64,000 nt of DNA from an uncultured delta proteobacterium (GCA_963699755.1 CAVOVB010000001.1:1887989-1951988), one strand, 5' to 3'; positions 31,490-42,847 are shown, counted from the first letter of the stretch. Numbers and translations: made by a program. The notes: a model not told the origin generated them from the letters alone.

Positions 31490-31975
31490 ATGGAGATGAT
31501 GAGCTCGGAGCCGTCGCCATCGATACGTTTCTCCGGCCCCTGGAATCAGGCCCGCGTTCAGGAGTTCCTCGCTGAGACGCGCATCCCCATGCGGCTCGCC
31601 GCGAACACCGACTCGGGTTTCCCCATCGTCCTTTCTGTTTGGTTCCTACCCGAAGAGGACGAGCTCCTCGCGGTGGTCCACCAGGACGCGCGGATCGCGA
31701 AGCGCTTAAAGGCGGACGCCCGCTGCGCCTTCGAGATCGCTCCGGATCAGCCACCGTACCGCGGCGTGCGGGGACAAGCCACGGCCAGCCTCGACTCGGA
31801 CGGAGCCGCTGCACTCCTTGAACGGCTCCTCGATCGGTACCTCAGCTCGACCAACTCCAGCCTCGGCCGCTTTCTGCTCGCGCGCGCCGAAGAGGAGCTC
31901 ATCGTTCGTCTCCGGCCGAACTGGATGGCTTCCTGGGACTACAGTCGGCGCATGGAGGACGCGCTGCAAAGCTGA
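31490..31975 (+). CDS. Pyridoxamine 5'-phosphate oxidase-like FMN-binding protein
   Basis: PYRGVRGQA and ASWDYS patterns; size fits the split-barrel family. Confidence 0.75.
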   Translation: MEMMSSEPSPSIRFSGPWNQARVQEFLAETRIPMRLAANTDSGFPIVLSVWFLPEEDELLAVVHQDARIAKRLKADARCAFEIAPDQPPYRGVRGQATASLDSDGAAALLERLLDRYLSSTNSSLGRFLLARAEEELIVRLRPNWMASWDYSRRMEDALQS

Positions 31976-32071
31976 AGCAGGCTTCGCCTGGGCCGACCCG
32001 TCGGATTCGATGGGAGGCGTGGGGGGATCCCGCCATGGTCGCCATCGGGGTTCCGCCTGCATGGAGGTCGC

Positions 32072-33664
32072 TCAGGAAGCGGTGGCCGCCAGGTCTTCCT
32101 CTTCCTCGTGACCCTCGTCGAGTTGAAGCAGCCGGTCATCGAGCTGCTGCTCGAGACGGTAGAAAACCTTTCGGTCGACGAGCCCGTCGGCGTGGGCGCT
32201 GCGGATCGCATCTTTCTCGACGGCCAACAAATGTCGTCGCAGTGCTCGCTGCTCTTGCGCGAGGAACGCGGCCTGATCGGCGTGCATCGCCCGGAGGCCG
32301 GATTCGAGGGCCGCGATGCGCGCGAGGTAGCCGGCATGCACGTGCTCGAGCACCGTCGCCGCCACGACCCGCTTCGCCTGCATGGCTTTCAGCTCATCGA
32401 CCGCAGCCTGCGCGCCCATGAGCTCTGCGGCATGCTCCTCGTATTCGGGTTTGGCCCTCGAATCGACGATCAGGCCGAGCCGCCGCAAGAGGGAAGGCAT
32501 CGTCAGCCCCTGGACCAGCAGGGACAGCAACACAACCCCAAAGGTGAGGTTCAGGATCAGCTCCCGATGCACGAACTCCCTTGGAAGTGCGAGCGCCAGG
32601 ACCATGGAGAGCCCACCTCGCAGTCCGCCCCAGGTCAAGACCATCGCCCACGAAAACGGCAGCCTCTCGCTTTTGCCCAGAAGCCTGAGTACGGCGTGCT
32701 TCGCAAAAATCACGAGTCCTCGACTCGAGGTCACCGCCACCCAGGCGATTAGAATGGGCGCCCAGTGGTGGAGCAAAGAGGTGATGTGGATCTCGAAGCC
32801 GACCAAAAGGAAGACAAACGAGTTGAGGACAAACGAAGTGTATGACCAAAAGGAATCGACCGCGACTCGGGTCGAAGCCGACATTCCAATGCGAGAGCTC
32901 CAATTCCCGGTCAACATGCCGGCCACGACGCAGGCAATGACACCCGAGAAATGAAAGGACTCGGCAATGATGAAGGCACCGTAGGCCACGAGCACCGTCA
33001 GGGTGATTTCGACTGTCGGCTCCGTGATCGTGCGCGTGATGAGTCCGCCGAGGATGCCAACACCGGCGCCGATCAAGGTCGCGAAGCCAACCACTTTCAC
33101 GAACTCCAATGCAGCGCCGGGCAGGGTCATGCTTCCACCCATGGCGACTGCGACGAGCATCGTGAACACCACGACCGCGGTCCCGTCATTGAAGAGCGAT
33201 TCGCCTTCGACCAGGACGTAGAGTCGCTTCGGGACGCCGAGCGTGCGGAACAGCGAGAGCACGCTGATCGGATCGGTCGCCGCAATGAGGGAGGCAAAGA
33301 CAAAGGCCTCCGTCAAGCTGAGGTCTGCGAGCCCTGTGTGGTTCACGCCGAGCCAGACCAACGCCCCTGTCGCTAGAATGGCGACGATGAGCCCGGGAAT
33401 CGCAAGCGTGAAGATCGAGGCCGCGGCTTCCCCGAACTCGTCAAACTCCATGTGGTACGCCGCTTCGAAGAGCAACCCGGGAAGCACGATGAGAAAGAGC
33501 AGCTCCTTCGAGAGATGCGGTGCCTCGACCAGCTGCAAGCTCCCGAGGATAACCCCGACCACCACCAATGCGATCGTGTACGGTAGACGAAATCGCTGAG
33601 ACGCGATTGCGACGACCGCGGCGACCGCAAACAAGGTGAGTAGGGTAACCTCCAAGTGTTCCAT
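32072..33664 (-). CDS. Na+/H+ antiporter, CPA1 (NhaP/NhaG) family
   Basis: ATDPISV, GESLFNDG and WGGLRG motifs. Confidence 0.93.
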   Translation of the reverse strand: MEHLEVTLLTLFAVAAVVAIASQRFRLPYTIALVVVGVILGSLQLVEAPHLSKELLFLIVLPGLLFEAAYHMEFDEFGEAAASIFTLAIPGLIVAILATGALVWLGVNHTGLADLSLTEAFVFASLIAATDPISVLSLFRTLGVPKRLYVLVEGESLFNDGTAVVVFTMLVAVAMGGSMTLPGAALEFVKVVGFATLIGAGVGILGGLITRTITEPTVEITLTVLVAYGAFIIAESFHFSGVIACVVAGMLTGNWSSRIGMSASTRVAVDSFWSYTSFVLNSFVFLLVGFEIHITSLLHHWAPILIAWVAVTSSRGLVIFAKHAVLRLLGKSERLPFSWAMVLTWGGLRGGLSMVLALALPREFVHRELILNLTFGVVLLSLLVQGLTMPSLLRRLGLIVDSRAKPEYEEHAAELMGAQAAVDELKAMQAKRVVAATVLEHVHAGYLARIAALESGLRAMHADQAAFLAQEQRALRRHLLAVEKDAIRSAHADGLVDRKVFYRLEQQLDDRLLQLDEGHEEEEDLAATAS

Positions 33665-33777
33665 CGCCGCGCATAGTAGCGATCCTCATCGCCGTCGCCC
33701 AGTCCGGTGAGAACGAAGATGCCTGGTCGAGACTCGAGTCAGAGGGTATCGTCGGCCCATTCCCTCATCCCGACGTC

Positions 33778-34716
33778 ATGAGTGAGGCGCGAACGATGGA
33801 AAAGACGATCCAAAACATACTGAAATGGCTAGATGACCCGGTGCTCTCGAAGCTGGTGACCGCATTGGTCGCGGTGGTCGTCGTCGTCGCCATCGTTCAG
33901 GTCATCAAGCGAGTGGCCACTCGGTACATCGACGACAAGGGTGTTCGCTACCGGGCGCGCAAGGCGATCGGGTTCATCGGATACTTGGTCGGAGCGCTGG
34001 TCGTGCTCGCCATGTTCAGCGACCGGCTGGGCCGCCTGAGCGTGGTTTTTGGTGTCGCCGGGGCGGGAATCGCATTCGCTCTTCAGGAGGTGATCGTCAG
34101 CGTCGCGGGTTGGGCCGCGGTTTCGTTCGGCAGCTTCTATACGGTCGGTGACCGCATTCAACTCGGCGGCATCAAAGGGGACGTCATCGATATCGGGGTT
34201 CTGCGCACGACGCTGGCGGAGGTCGGCCAATGGGTCGACGGCGACCTCTACAACGGCCGAATGGTGCGCGTCGCGAACAGCTTCGTCTTCAAAGAGCCCG
34301 TCGTGAACTACTCGGGGGACTTTCCCTTCTTGTGGGATGAGATCACCGTGCCCATTCGGTTCGGGAGTGACCTCGACATGGCTCGAGCCGTTCTTAGTAA
34401 AGCGGCGAACGAGATCTGCGCGGGATACGCCGAGAAGGCCGCAACCATCTGGGCCCGCATGCAGAGGCGCTATCCACTCGAAGACGCCAGCACCGCTCCG
34501 ATGGTTACGTACGTCTTCGATGAAAACTGGGTCAAGTTCACCATTCGATACACCGTCCAATTCGACCGGCGACGCATCACCAAGTATCTGCTCAGCGCAC
34601 GGGTGCTGAAAGCAATCGACGAAAGCGGCGGCGCCGTATCCGTCGCCGCGGCGGCCATCGAGCTCTTTCCGAAAACACCTCTCGACATCCGAAAGCTCAC
34701 CGTCAAAGAGGGATGA
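33778..34716 (+). CDS. mscS: MscS-family mechanosensitive channel
   Basis: GIAFALQEVI, GDRIQLGGIKGDVIDIG and PFLWDEI motifs. Confidence 0.9.
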   Translation: MSEARTMEKTIQNILKWLDDPVLSKLVTALVAVVVVVAIVQVIKRVATRYIDDKGVRYRARKAIGFIGYLVGALVVLAMFSDRLGRLSVVFGVAGAGIAFALQEVIVSVAGWAAVSFGSFYTVGDRIQLGGIKGDVIDIGVLRTTLAEVGQWVDGDLYNGRMVRVANSFVFKEPVVNYSGDFPFLWDEITVPIRFGSDLDMARAVLSKAANEICAGYAEKAATIWARMQRRYPLEDASTAPMVTYVFDENWVKFTIRYTVQFDRRRITKYLLSARVLKAIDESGGAVSVAAAAIELFPKTPLDIRKLTVKEG

Positions 34717-34766
34717 CACGACCCCGGTGCACTGTGCAATTCGGCGCGGGGCCCTAGGATCGCGAC

Positions 34767-35450
34767 ATGGAAAAACCAGTTTGTGCCATCATTGGAATAG
34801 GACCGAAGAATGGGCGCGCGTTTGCCCAGCGATTTGCGCAGGAAGGCTATGCAGTTGCACTGCTTTCGCGCTCAACCGACTATTCGAGCGGCCTTGCGAC
34901 CGAGCTTGCTGGCAAAGCCTACGCCTGTGACATGACCGATCCGGAAGCCATCAAGCAGGCGTTCGCCCAAGTCCGTGAAGACCTCGGTGATGTCGATGTG
35001 CTGCTCTACAATGCAGGCTCCGGGAAATTTGGCACGTTCGATGACGTGCCCGACGATGAGTTTGAAAAGGGCTGGCAGATCAACGTCCGCGGGCTCTTGC
35101 AGAGCACTCGTGAGGTCGTTGGCCCCATGCGCCAGAGGGGGAAGGGCGCGATCATCGTGACCGGCGCGACGGCATCCCTGCGTGGAAAGCCGTTCACGGC
35201 GGCATTTGCCTCCGCCAAGGCCGCCCAACGAAGCCTTGCCCAGTCGTTCGCGCGACAGTTGGGCCCCGAGGGCATCCACGTTGCCTTGGTCATCGTCGAC
35301 GGCGGCATCGGGACAGACGATCAAAGCGGCGAGGAAGGCACGCACCTTCGACCCAGCGACATCGCTCAGACGGTCTACCACCTAGCCACCCAACCAAAAT
35401 CGGCTTGGTCCTTCGAAGTCGACGTCCGGCCATTCAAGGAAAACTGGTAG
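34767..35450 (+). CDS. SDR family oxidoreductase
   Basis: GIGPKNG, YNAG, TGATASLRG and FASAK motifs. Confidence 0.9.
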   Translation: MEKPVCAIIGIGPKNGRAFAQRFAQEGYAVALLSRSTDYSSGLATELAGKAYACDMTDPEAIKQAFAQVREDLGDVDVLLYNAGSGKFGTFDDVPDDEFEKGWQINVRGLLQSTREVVGPMRQRGKGAIIVTGATASLRGKPFTAAFASAKAAQRSLAQSFARQLGPEGIHVALVIVDGGIGTDDQSGEEGTHLRPSDIAQTVYHLATQPKSAWSFEVDVRPFKENW

Positions 35451-35664
35451 GGACACACTCCCCCCTCGTAAGCCCTAGAATGCGTGCCGGTCCCAAGCAC
35501 GAGTTCCAATTTCGTTGCTCTCGTTGATCTGTCCATTTTCCCGGTTTCCGTGCGGATGCAGATGACAACCCCAGCCTCAATGAAGCGTGTGTGACGTTGT
35601 GAGGTAGCGAACAAGCCACGCGGGGCGATTGACGAAAGAGGTAACCTTCCGCTAGAGAGCCGGC

Positions 35665-36660
35665 ATGTCGACCATCTCGACCGAGGCCGCTCCGCCTGCC
35701 GAGCGCCCCCGAGCCAACGTACTGGACTATGTCAGGATCGCTCGGCCGGACCATTGGATCAAGCATTGCTTCATCGTCCCTGGCATCGCCCTGGCGGTGT
35801 TGTTGCGCCCGATCGCATTCGTGGACCGATTGGGGGCAATTCTGGTCGGCTTTCTGGCTGCCGCGGCTATCGCTTCGGCTAACTACGTGTTGAACGAATG
35901 GCTGGATGCCAAGTTCGACGCCCATCATCCCACCAAAGCCAATCGACCGGCCGTACGCACGCGGATGTCGCGTAGCATTTTGCTCCTTGAGTATCTCGGA
36001 CTCATTGGCCTGGGACTGATGGCTGCCGCCTCAGTCTCCAAGATCTTTCTTGGAGCCAGCGTGGCCTTCGTCTTGAGTGGCTGGGCCTACAATATCCCGC
36101 CCATCCGCACCAAAGATCGGGTCTATCTGGATGTCCTAAGCGAAGCGTTGAACAGTCCCATCAGGCTGACCTTGGGATGGGCTATGATCGATGGGTCGAC
36201 CCTCCCTCCCGGTAGCTTGCTGCTGGCGTTTTGGATGGGAGGAGCCTACCTGATGGGTATCAAACGCTTTAGCGAACAGCGCACCGCCCACCACGAAAAG
36301 ACCGATCAAGCCCTGGGGCTCTACCGCGCTTCGTTTCGGCATTATACGAGCGAATCCCTGTTGTTGTCTTCCTTCCTATATGCGCAGCTCGCTGCGTTCT
36401 TCCTCGCGGTGTTCTTGATCAAGTATCGGATCGAGTATCTGCTCGTGTTTCCCTTCTTGGCGGCGCTCTTTACGGTCTATCTCTGGCTGGGATTGCGAAG
36501 AGCCTCGCCGACGCAAACACCGGAAAAGCTCTTCAAGAGCTCGGCCCTGCTCGCCACGGTTGGGTTGGTTACCATTTCGCTGATCGTACTTACGTTTGTG
36601 GACATTCCCATCTTGGAAAAGCTAACCCGACCTCATTTCATTCATTTGCCCGGACCCTGA
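35665..36660 (+). CDS. UbiA-family prenyltransferase (decaprenyl-phosphate phosphoribosyltransferase-like)
   Basis: RPDHWIK, NYVLNEWLDAKFDAHHPTKANRP and KRFSE motifs. Confidence 0.85.
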   Translation: MSTISTEAAPPAERPRANVLDYVRIARPDHWIKHCFIVPGIALAVLLRPIAFVDRLGAILVGFLAAAAIASANYVLNEWLDAKFDAHHPTKANRPAVRTRMSRSILLLEYLGLIGLGLMAAASVSKIFLGASVAFVLSGWAYNIPPIRTKDRVYLDVLSEALNSPIRLTLGWAMIDGSTLPPGSLLLAFWMGGAYLMGIKRFSEQRTAHHEKTDQALGLYRASFRHYTSESLLLSSFLYAQLAAFFLAVFLIKYRIEYLLVFPFLAALFTVYLWLGLRRASPTQTPEKLFKSSALLATVGLVTISLIVLTFVDIPILEKLTRPHFIHLPGP

Positions 36661-38120
36661 TGCGGCGCGATCGGTCTTACTTAGCCTTCACCTTGATTGG
36701 CATTGCTAGCTTGTACGTTCTGACGATCCGTACTGGGCATGTCTGGGGAGACGATTTTGTCCAGTACCTTCAACATGCGGCAAATCTTGCCGCGAACGAC
36801 CCCTATGGCAAACGGCTCTACATCATAAACCCCACGTTGAGCATCGGGCCTCCCGCTTATCCCCCGGTGTTTCCGATGATGCTGGTGCCCATGCTCAAAA
36901 TCTTCGGCCTGAACTTTGTGGCCATGAAGATTCTCATGAGTCTGCTCTTTGGTGTCGCGTTTCTGAGTATCGCTCTAGCGTTTCGGGAAGCGCTTCCAGC
37001 AGGACAACTCGTATTCTTTCTCTTGCTTCTGGCTTTGTCTCCCACATTTTGGACTTTCAAGGAGGCGATCTTTTCGGACGTCCCCTTTCTCATTTATAGC
37101 TTTGCGTCGTTGGCATTGATGCAGAAGATGGTTTCCACTTCGGCTGGAAGAAATCTCTATCTTGTTTCGCTGTTGACCGCTGTACTGATCTACCTCGCTT
37201 GCGGAACGCGAAGCCAAGGCCTGCCACTCCTCCCCGCATTGCTTATCGCCGATGTCTGGACGGCGAAACGAATTCGTTTGGCCCCGCTGCTTACGTGCGG
37301 CTTGGTCGTGCTGTCTCTGTTCATTCAGAATCGTGTTTTCCACACCGAGGCGGAACGACTCCAGTACTTGAGCCTGGATCCAGATCTAATCTGGTCGAAC
37401 GTCTCGCACTATGCAGGCAGCCTGAGCACGTACTGGAACAATGGATACAGCCGCACCGTGCGATACGTTTGTTTCGTCGTGGCTCTGGTCCTGGCGGTCA
37501 TTGGATACGCGCGGAGGCTACGACAGGGCTTGGGCCCTTTGGAGGTCTACCTTCCCCTGTTTCTCTTGCCGCTTCTATTTTGGGTATTTCAACAAGGTAT
37601 CCGCTATCTCCTTCCCATCATACCTATCTATCTCTTCTACATTTGGGAGGGCGTTCAGTTCATTGGCTCGAGAGCAATGCCTCGAACACGTAAGATCAAT
37701 TCATGGCTGTTGGCGGTCGTCGCATTTGCCAGTTTCCTCTCCATGTACACGACGATTGATCTACGGAATATCGAGGGACCTTTGGATCCCCAAGCTCAGG
37801 AAATGTTTGCGTACGCACGGACCCACAGCGACCCGGGCGACGTCTTCTTGTTTGAAAAGCCACGTCTGATGGGATTGTTTTCAAATCGGAAAGCGGCAAT
37901 CCCCACTCCCGTTGAAGATCCCAAAGAAGATTCAAATGCTTTGGAATTCTATCGTTCAATTCAAGCCAAGTACCTGATCACGACGAATTCCTTGGCAAAA
38001 GACAAAGAATACCTGAAGCCTTTCCTCGCCCGGCACAACGACTGGGCGCGTGAAGTCTGGTCGAATGGTGGGTTTCAGATGTGGAAGATCCAGGACGACC
38101 GGTTGCGCTCGTTTGAGTGA
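36660..38120 (+). CDS. GT-C (ArnT/GT39-like) membrane glycosyltransferase; visibly lower GC than flanks
   Basis: WGDDFVQY, YPPVFP, SDVPF and RYLLPIIP motifs; many TM segments; overlaps the ubiA-like stop. Confidence 0.75.
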   Translation: MRRDRSYLAFTLIGIASLYVLTIRTGHVWGDDFVQYLQHAANLAANDPYGKRLYIINPTLSIGPPAYPPVFPMMLVPMLKIFGLNFVAMKILMSLLFGVAFLSIALAFREALPAGQLVFFLLLLALSPTFWTFKEAIFSDVPFLIYSFASLALMQKMVSTSAGRNLYLVSLLTAVLIYLACGTRSQGLPLLPALLIADVWTAKRIRLAPLLTCGLVVLSLFIQNRVFHTEAERLQYLSLDPDLIWSNVSHYAGSLSTYWNNGYSRTVRYVCFVVALVLAVIGYARRLRQGLGPLEVYLPLFLLPLLFWVFQQGIRYLLPIIPIYLFYIWEGVQFIGSRAMPRTRKINSWLLAVVAFASFLSMYTTIDLRNIEGPLDPQAQEMFAYARTHSDPGDVFLFEKPRLMGLFSNRKAAIPTPVEDPKEDSNALEFYRSIQAKYLITTNSLAKDKEYLKPFLARHNDWAREVWSNGGFQMWKIQDDRLRSFE

Positions 38121-38399
38121 CCGCCACTGCCCGCAAGCGCTCGACGCTCGTATCCGTCGTCGAGTACTGAGACGGCGTCAGTGCTCGAAATGGGTGCCGG
38201 AGCAGATTCCGCCGTGACTGGGCCTTTGTCCTGGCTACTACCCCGTTTCGTCTCATCTATCAGCACGCACCCAATGCGTCTATGTTCCGAGAACGCATAA
38301 TCTGCACGTTGTACCGCAGGTTTCACTGCAAGATCAGGCCTCCAACCTGGCACGCCCAATGCATCTACCTAACCGCACTCAGGACCCACTGCGCCACAA

Positions 38400-38728
38400 C
38401 CAGGAGCGCGTCCGCGCAACTCACCGCGGAAGGCGCCACGCCCGAACCGAATCTACAGGAGCCCGCGCCGTCCGATGATTCATCGGGTGATGAAGGTGGT
38501 TTGAGTCCGCGGCTTCGCAAGCGAACGCAAAGGAACTGGGATCCGAGCGCCTACGATGCCCAGGGCGACCTGAGACCCAGAATTCAATACACCTCGGCAC
38601 CCCCAAAACCCACTCGTCCGAAGCTCGCACCGGGCATCGGGCTCGGCGTTTCCATCGCCTCTCTCGTGGGCGACGACGTTTCGAGCGCAAGTACCAGCAG
38701 CAGCGACACCTCCTGGCGGTGGGCGTAG
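38400..38728 (+). pseudogene. Remnant of a secreted Pro/Glu-rich protein
   Basis: Protein-like segment SASAQLTAEGATPEPNLQEPAPS...GIGLGVSIASLVG without a clean start, running into the convergent remnant. Confidence 0.35.
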
Positions 38729-38745
38729 CTTCGGTGCCACTGGCC

Positions 38746-38949
38746 TCACCCTTGGGCGCGCTCGCCGCTCGCAGCCTTGGCGACGATCGTCGCGATCCTC
38801 CGTGCCCGAGTGTCGTCTCTTGCTGCACTGATGACCCACCACAACATCACCTTGCGTGCACTTGGAGGGAACCCGTCCCAGGCGATACGCGCGGCGGCGT
38901 TCGCGTCCAGCGCGCTTGCGAGGTTGTCGGGCTCGACAAGGTCTTCCAC
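38746..38949 (-). pseudogene. C-terminal fragment of YdeI/OmpD-associated family protein
   Basis: PDNLASALDANAAARIAWDGFPPSARK...WVISAARDDTRARRI is the OmdA-type C-terminal pattern; the N-terminal part is absent. Confidence 0.7.
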
Positions 38950-39180
38950 CGGATTGTAGATCGGATAGTCGAACTTCGCAGGTCGCAGGGTGGCGCGCTG
39001 ATGAGGAACGGGGATCTGGAGGTCATCGCAGCCGAGTCCAGCTACTTCGATGCGCGGCGTGAGGAGCTGCGTCTTCGCGAAGCCAGGACGTTCGGCGAGC
39101 GATCCAGAATGGCCGCCGATGGCATGCGGCGACGCGCCCGTTGGGATCTGTCAAGGACCGACCAAGGCGACGCGCTTCCG

Positions 39181-41166
39181 CTACTCGACGATGACCTCGC
39201 AACTTTCGCTGCAACCAGAGCCGGGTACGCCGTTCTCTTCGCCGGCGTCGCAGGACTCGCCTAGCTCGGGCTGACGGATGCCGTCACCACAGAACGGGCC
39301 GCTGCTACAGTCTGGGTTGCAGCCGTTCATGCCACCGAGGTTCTCTCCGTTGTCGCAGTCTTCGAACGCTTCCTGGACGATGGCATCGCCGCAGTGCGGG
39401 CCGAGCGCCGTGCATGAGTCGTTGCAGTGCCCGTACTCGCCGGTGTTCTGTTCGGCGCCGTCGTCGCAAAACTCGAAGCGCGTGCGAATTCCGTCGCCGC
39501 AGATGTCACTGCATTCCGAACTCTCGGTCACGAATCCGTCTAGGGTGAGCCTGAAGTTCGACTGCGTTACGTGGCGCTCCGCGTGAAAGATCGAGACCTC
39601 GTAGACCTTTCCCAATTGAAGTCCGAGGCTCGCGATGCAGGCGTCGACGATCGCTTGGCGCGCACTGTTTCCGTCGACCACCCCGGGGTCGAAGCTCATC
39701 ACCCCGCTGACGGCAGGGTGAATTCCACCGATATCCATGCAGAGCCGGCCGTCGACGAAGACCCAGAGGTCGTCGTCTCCCTCGAAGCGAAGGACCTCGT
39801 CGCCTCGATACACGAAGAAGTAGTGCACCTCGGTGGTAAAGCCGAAGTTGTGCCCGTCGGTCAGCGGCAGCTCTTGAAGCGGCGGCGACTCCAGTTCCCA
39901 GCCGTCGTCGTCGAGGGGGAAGAACGAGGAACTAGCGAACTCGTAGCGGTTTGGAATGCCTGGGTCCGGTCGCGTGAGCATGAGCTCGCCGACGACCTCG
40001 ATGTTCCCGTCCGCGACCAGGCTGGGGCTTGTTCGATACCATGCCGCAAACGAAGCACTGTCTTCGGGCCAGCCGTTGGTGCCGACTCCGGCCCCACCGG
40101 TGTTGAACACGGGCTTGCCTTCTACATCGAGTTGGTCGGTGGGAATCCCGAGGTGGCTTCCCGTCCCGGGGGGATTGAAATCGGGGTGGAACGTGGGATC
40201 GACACCAGCGCCCGACTGCCGGCTCCGGAAATCGCGGTAGATGACCGGGACCACGAACTCCTCCGGAAGCTCTGATTCCACTGTGGTGCAGGTGAAGCCG
40301 TTTTCGATTTCACAGCTCTCCGAGCATCCGTCGCCGCCCACGGTGTTTCCGTCGTCGCAGGCTTCGTCAGTGCCGGGGAGGATCACGCCGTCGCCGCAGA
40401 CGGATTGGCAAGCTCCGCCGGAGCAGTTGGGCTCGTTGTTGCAGTTTGGATCACAACCATCGAAAGGCGTCGTGTTCCCATCGTCGCACTGCTCGGTGCC
40501 TTCGCGTTGGTCGTCGCCGCAAGTCGTGCTTTCGCAGGGCGCGTCTGGCGTTTCGCACTTGAACCCGTCTTCGATCTGGCAGCTTACCGAACATCCGTCG
40601 GTGTCGGACGTGTTCCCGTCGTCGCATTGCTCGAATCCGGCGACGAGCCCGTCCCCGCATTCCGCTGCGCTGCACGCAACACCGGGCTGCAAGCAGACCC
40701 AGCCGGCCTCGAGCTCGCAACTCGCGCTGCAACCGTCCGAACCGTCGGCATTGTTGTCATCGCACTGCTCTGGTGGGTCGATGCGCGAGTCACCGCAGAC
40801 CAGCGGCGCACAGGCCGCGCCTGGGACCGGGCAACGAAAGCCCTCTTCGATCATCATGCAGTCCGCCGCGCATCCGTCTCCACCGCTCCGATTTCCGTCG
40901 TCGCAGGCTTCGATCGCTTGGCGCTCGCTGTCTCCACACTCGTCGGTCGGATCGATTCCACCCGATCCCCCGTCACCAGCGGTGCCCGCGTTGCCCCCGG
41001 CACCGCCCGTGCCTCCGAGTCCGCCCGTGCCCCCAATCCCCGCCGTGCCGCCGGATCCACCGTCGCCGCCCATCGGCTCCGCACCTCCGTCTCCCGAGCA
41101 GGCCGCTAAAGCGCTCAGGGTCAGAACGAGGCCCAGCCAAGGCAATGAGTTTTGATTGCAACGCAT
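39181..41166 (-). CDS. Lipoprotein with myxobacterial Cys-rich (DUF4215-like) repeats and fibro-slime/PA14 domain
   Basis: Lipobox LAAC, Gly linker, repeated CGD...EqCDDGN...DGCS units, IYRDF, HNFGFTTE, GDDDLWVF and FHAERH. Confidence 0.9.
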   Translation of the reverse strand: MRCNQNSLPWLGLVLTLSALAACSGDGGAEPMGGDGGSGGTAGIGGTGGLGGTGGAGGNAGTAGDGGSGGIDPTDECGDSERQAIEACDDGNRSGGDGCAADCMMIEEGFRCPVPGAACAPLVCGDSRIDPPEQCDDNNADGSDGCSASCELEAGWVCLQPGVACSAAECGDGLVAGFEQCDDGNTSDTDGCSVSCQIEDGFKCETPDAPCESTTCGDDQREGTEQCDDGNTTPFDGCDPNCNNEPNCSGGACQSVCGDGVILPGTDEACDDGNTVGGDGCSESCEIENGFTCTTVESELPEEFVVPVIYRDFRSRQSGAGVDPTFHPDFNPPGTGSHLGIPTDQLDVEGKPVFNTGGAGVGTNGWPEDSASFAAWYRTSPSLVADGNIEVVGELMLTRPDPGIPNRYEFASSSFFPLDDDGWELESPPLQELPLTDGHNFGFTTEVHYFFVYRGDEVLRFEGDDDLWVFVDGRLCMDIGGIHPAVSGVMSFDPGVVDGNSARQAIVDACIASLGLQLGKVYEVSIFHAERHVTQSNFRLTLDGFVTESSECSDICGDGIRTRFEFCDDGAEQNTGEYGHCNDSCTALGPHCGDAIVQEAFEDCDNGENLGGMNGCNPDCSSGPFCGDGIRQPELGESCDAGEENGVPGSGCSESCEVIVE

Positions 41167-41308
41167 AATTGCAGTATAAACGAAAATCGGCAATCAGGTG
41201 CCAGCCGGCGTTTCGGCTGCCGCCCTCGATCGCGTGGCCGGACCGGCTTACCCTGCGGTTCTGGCGGCGTTGGAGACCCAGCTCGGTGTCTGTCCGGTCC
41301 TCACGGGC

Positions 41309-41373
41309 TCGCTTAGCCCATCGGGCTCATCTTGAGGGCTCAATTGGGCGGTACCAGGCGTGTATGTCGACTT
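41309..41373 (+). repeat. 65-bp dif-like repeat, copy C (inverted relative to copies A and B)
   Basis: 46/65 ungapped identity to the reverse complement of 49624-49688 by manual alignment. Confidence 0.75.
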
Positions 41374-41465
41374 CTTCGGAGACCAAAGAGGGCTCGTAAG
41401 CTAGCCGTCCCGACGTAGTGCCCCGTCGCCTCGCGAGCCCCTATCTAGATTTCATGAACTTCGCT

Positions 41466-41529
41466 CTCGCTCCTGTTGCTGCTGAGAGCAACACACCCCT
41501 CAGAGGAAGGCGTGCTTCCTCGGAGCGAG
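41466..41529. other. Predicted three-way-junction stem-loop
   Basis: Outer stem CTCGCTCC/GGAGCGAG enclosing hairpins TGTTGCT/AGCAACA and GAGGAAG/CTTCCTC. Confidence 0.45.
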
Positions 41530-41709
41530 TCGGCAGACTTCATTTACGCCGTCAACGGGGCTTGGTGCGGTTGCGCCCCACTTCCAACAGACGAAAGAAG
41601 GGCACGGACTCGGGGTGGACGGTTGAGACCTTTCAGTCAGAGGACTTCGCTTCGCCCACCTCGAGCCGCGCGATTCAGGGGCTGAGGTGCTTTGCTCGTG
41701 CTCAGTGCA

Positions 41710-42691
<982 letters not shown>

Positions 42692-42847
42692 GCTTTTTCC
42701 TCCTGCGAGGCCAGCGCGCCGATCGCACCGAGCCCCGCTCCACTGCCTAGTTGCTCGCGCTGCTGAAACCGGCTCAGATCCTTACAACTCAATACAAATG
42801 AGCCGAAGTGACGCCTCTCGGTCACTAGTCCTATAATCAACGGATTC

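Noticed and set aside
38270..38312. Additional dif-like site (GAACGCATAATCTGCA...)
   Set aside because: Only one arm resembles a Xer site, and it does not match the 65-bp repeat family.
41478..41500. TPP riboswitch (CTGAGA...ACACCC)
   Set aside because: Lacks the upstream GGGGTG and downstream ACCTGA elements, and there is no thiamine-related gene adjacent.
41562..41570. Further tRNA-Leu att copy (TGGTGCGG)
   Set aside because: Only 8 bp; expected by chance in high-GC DNA.
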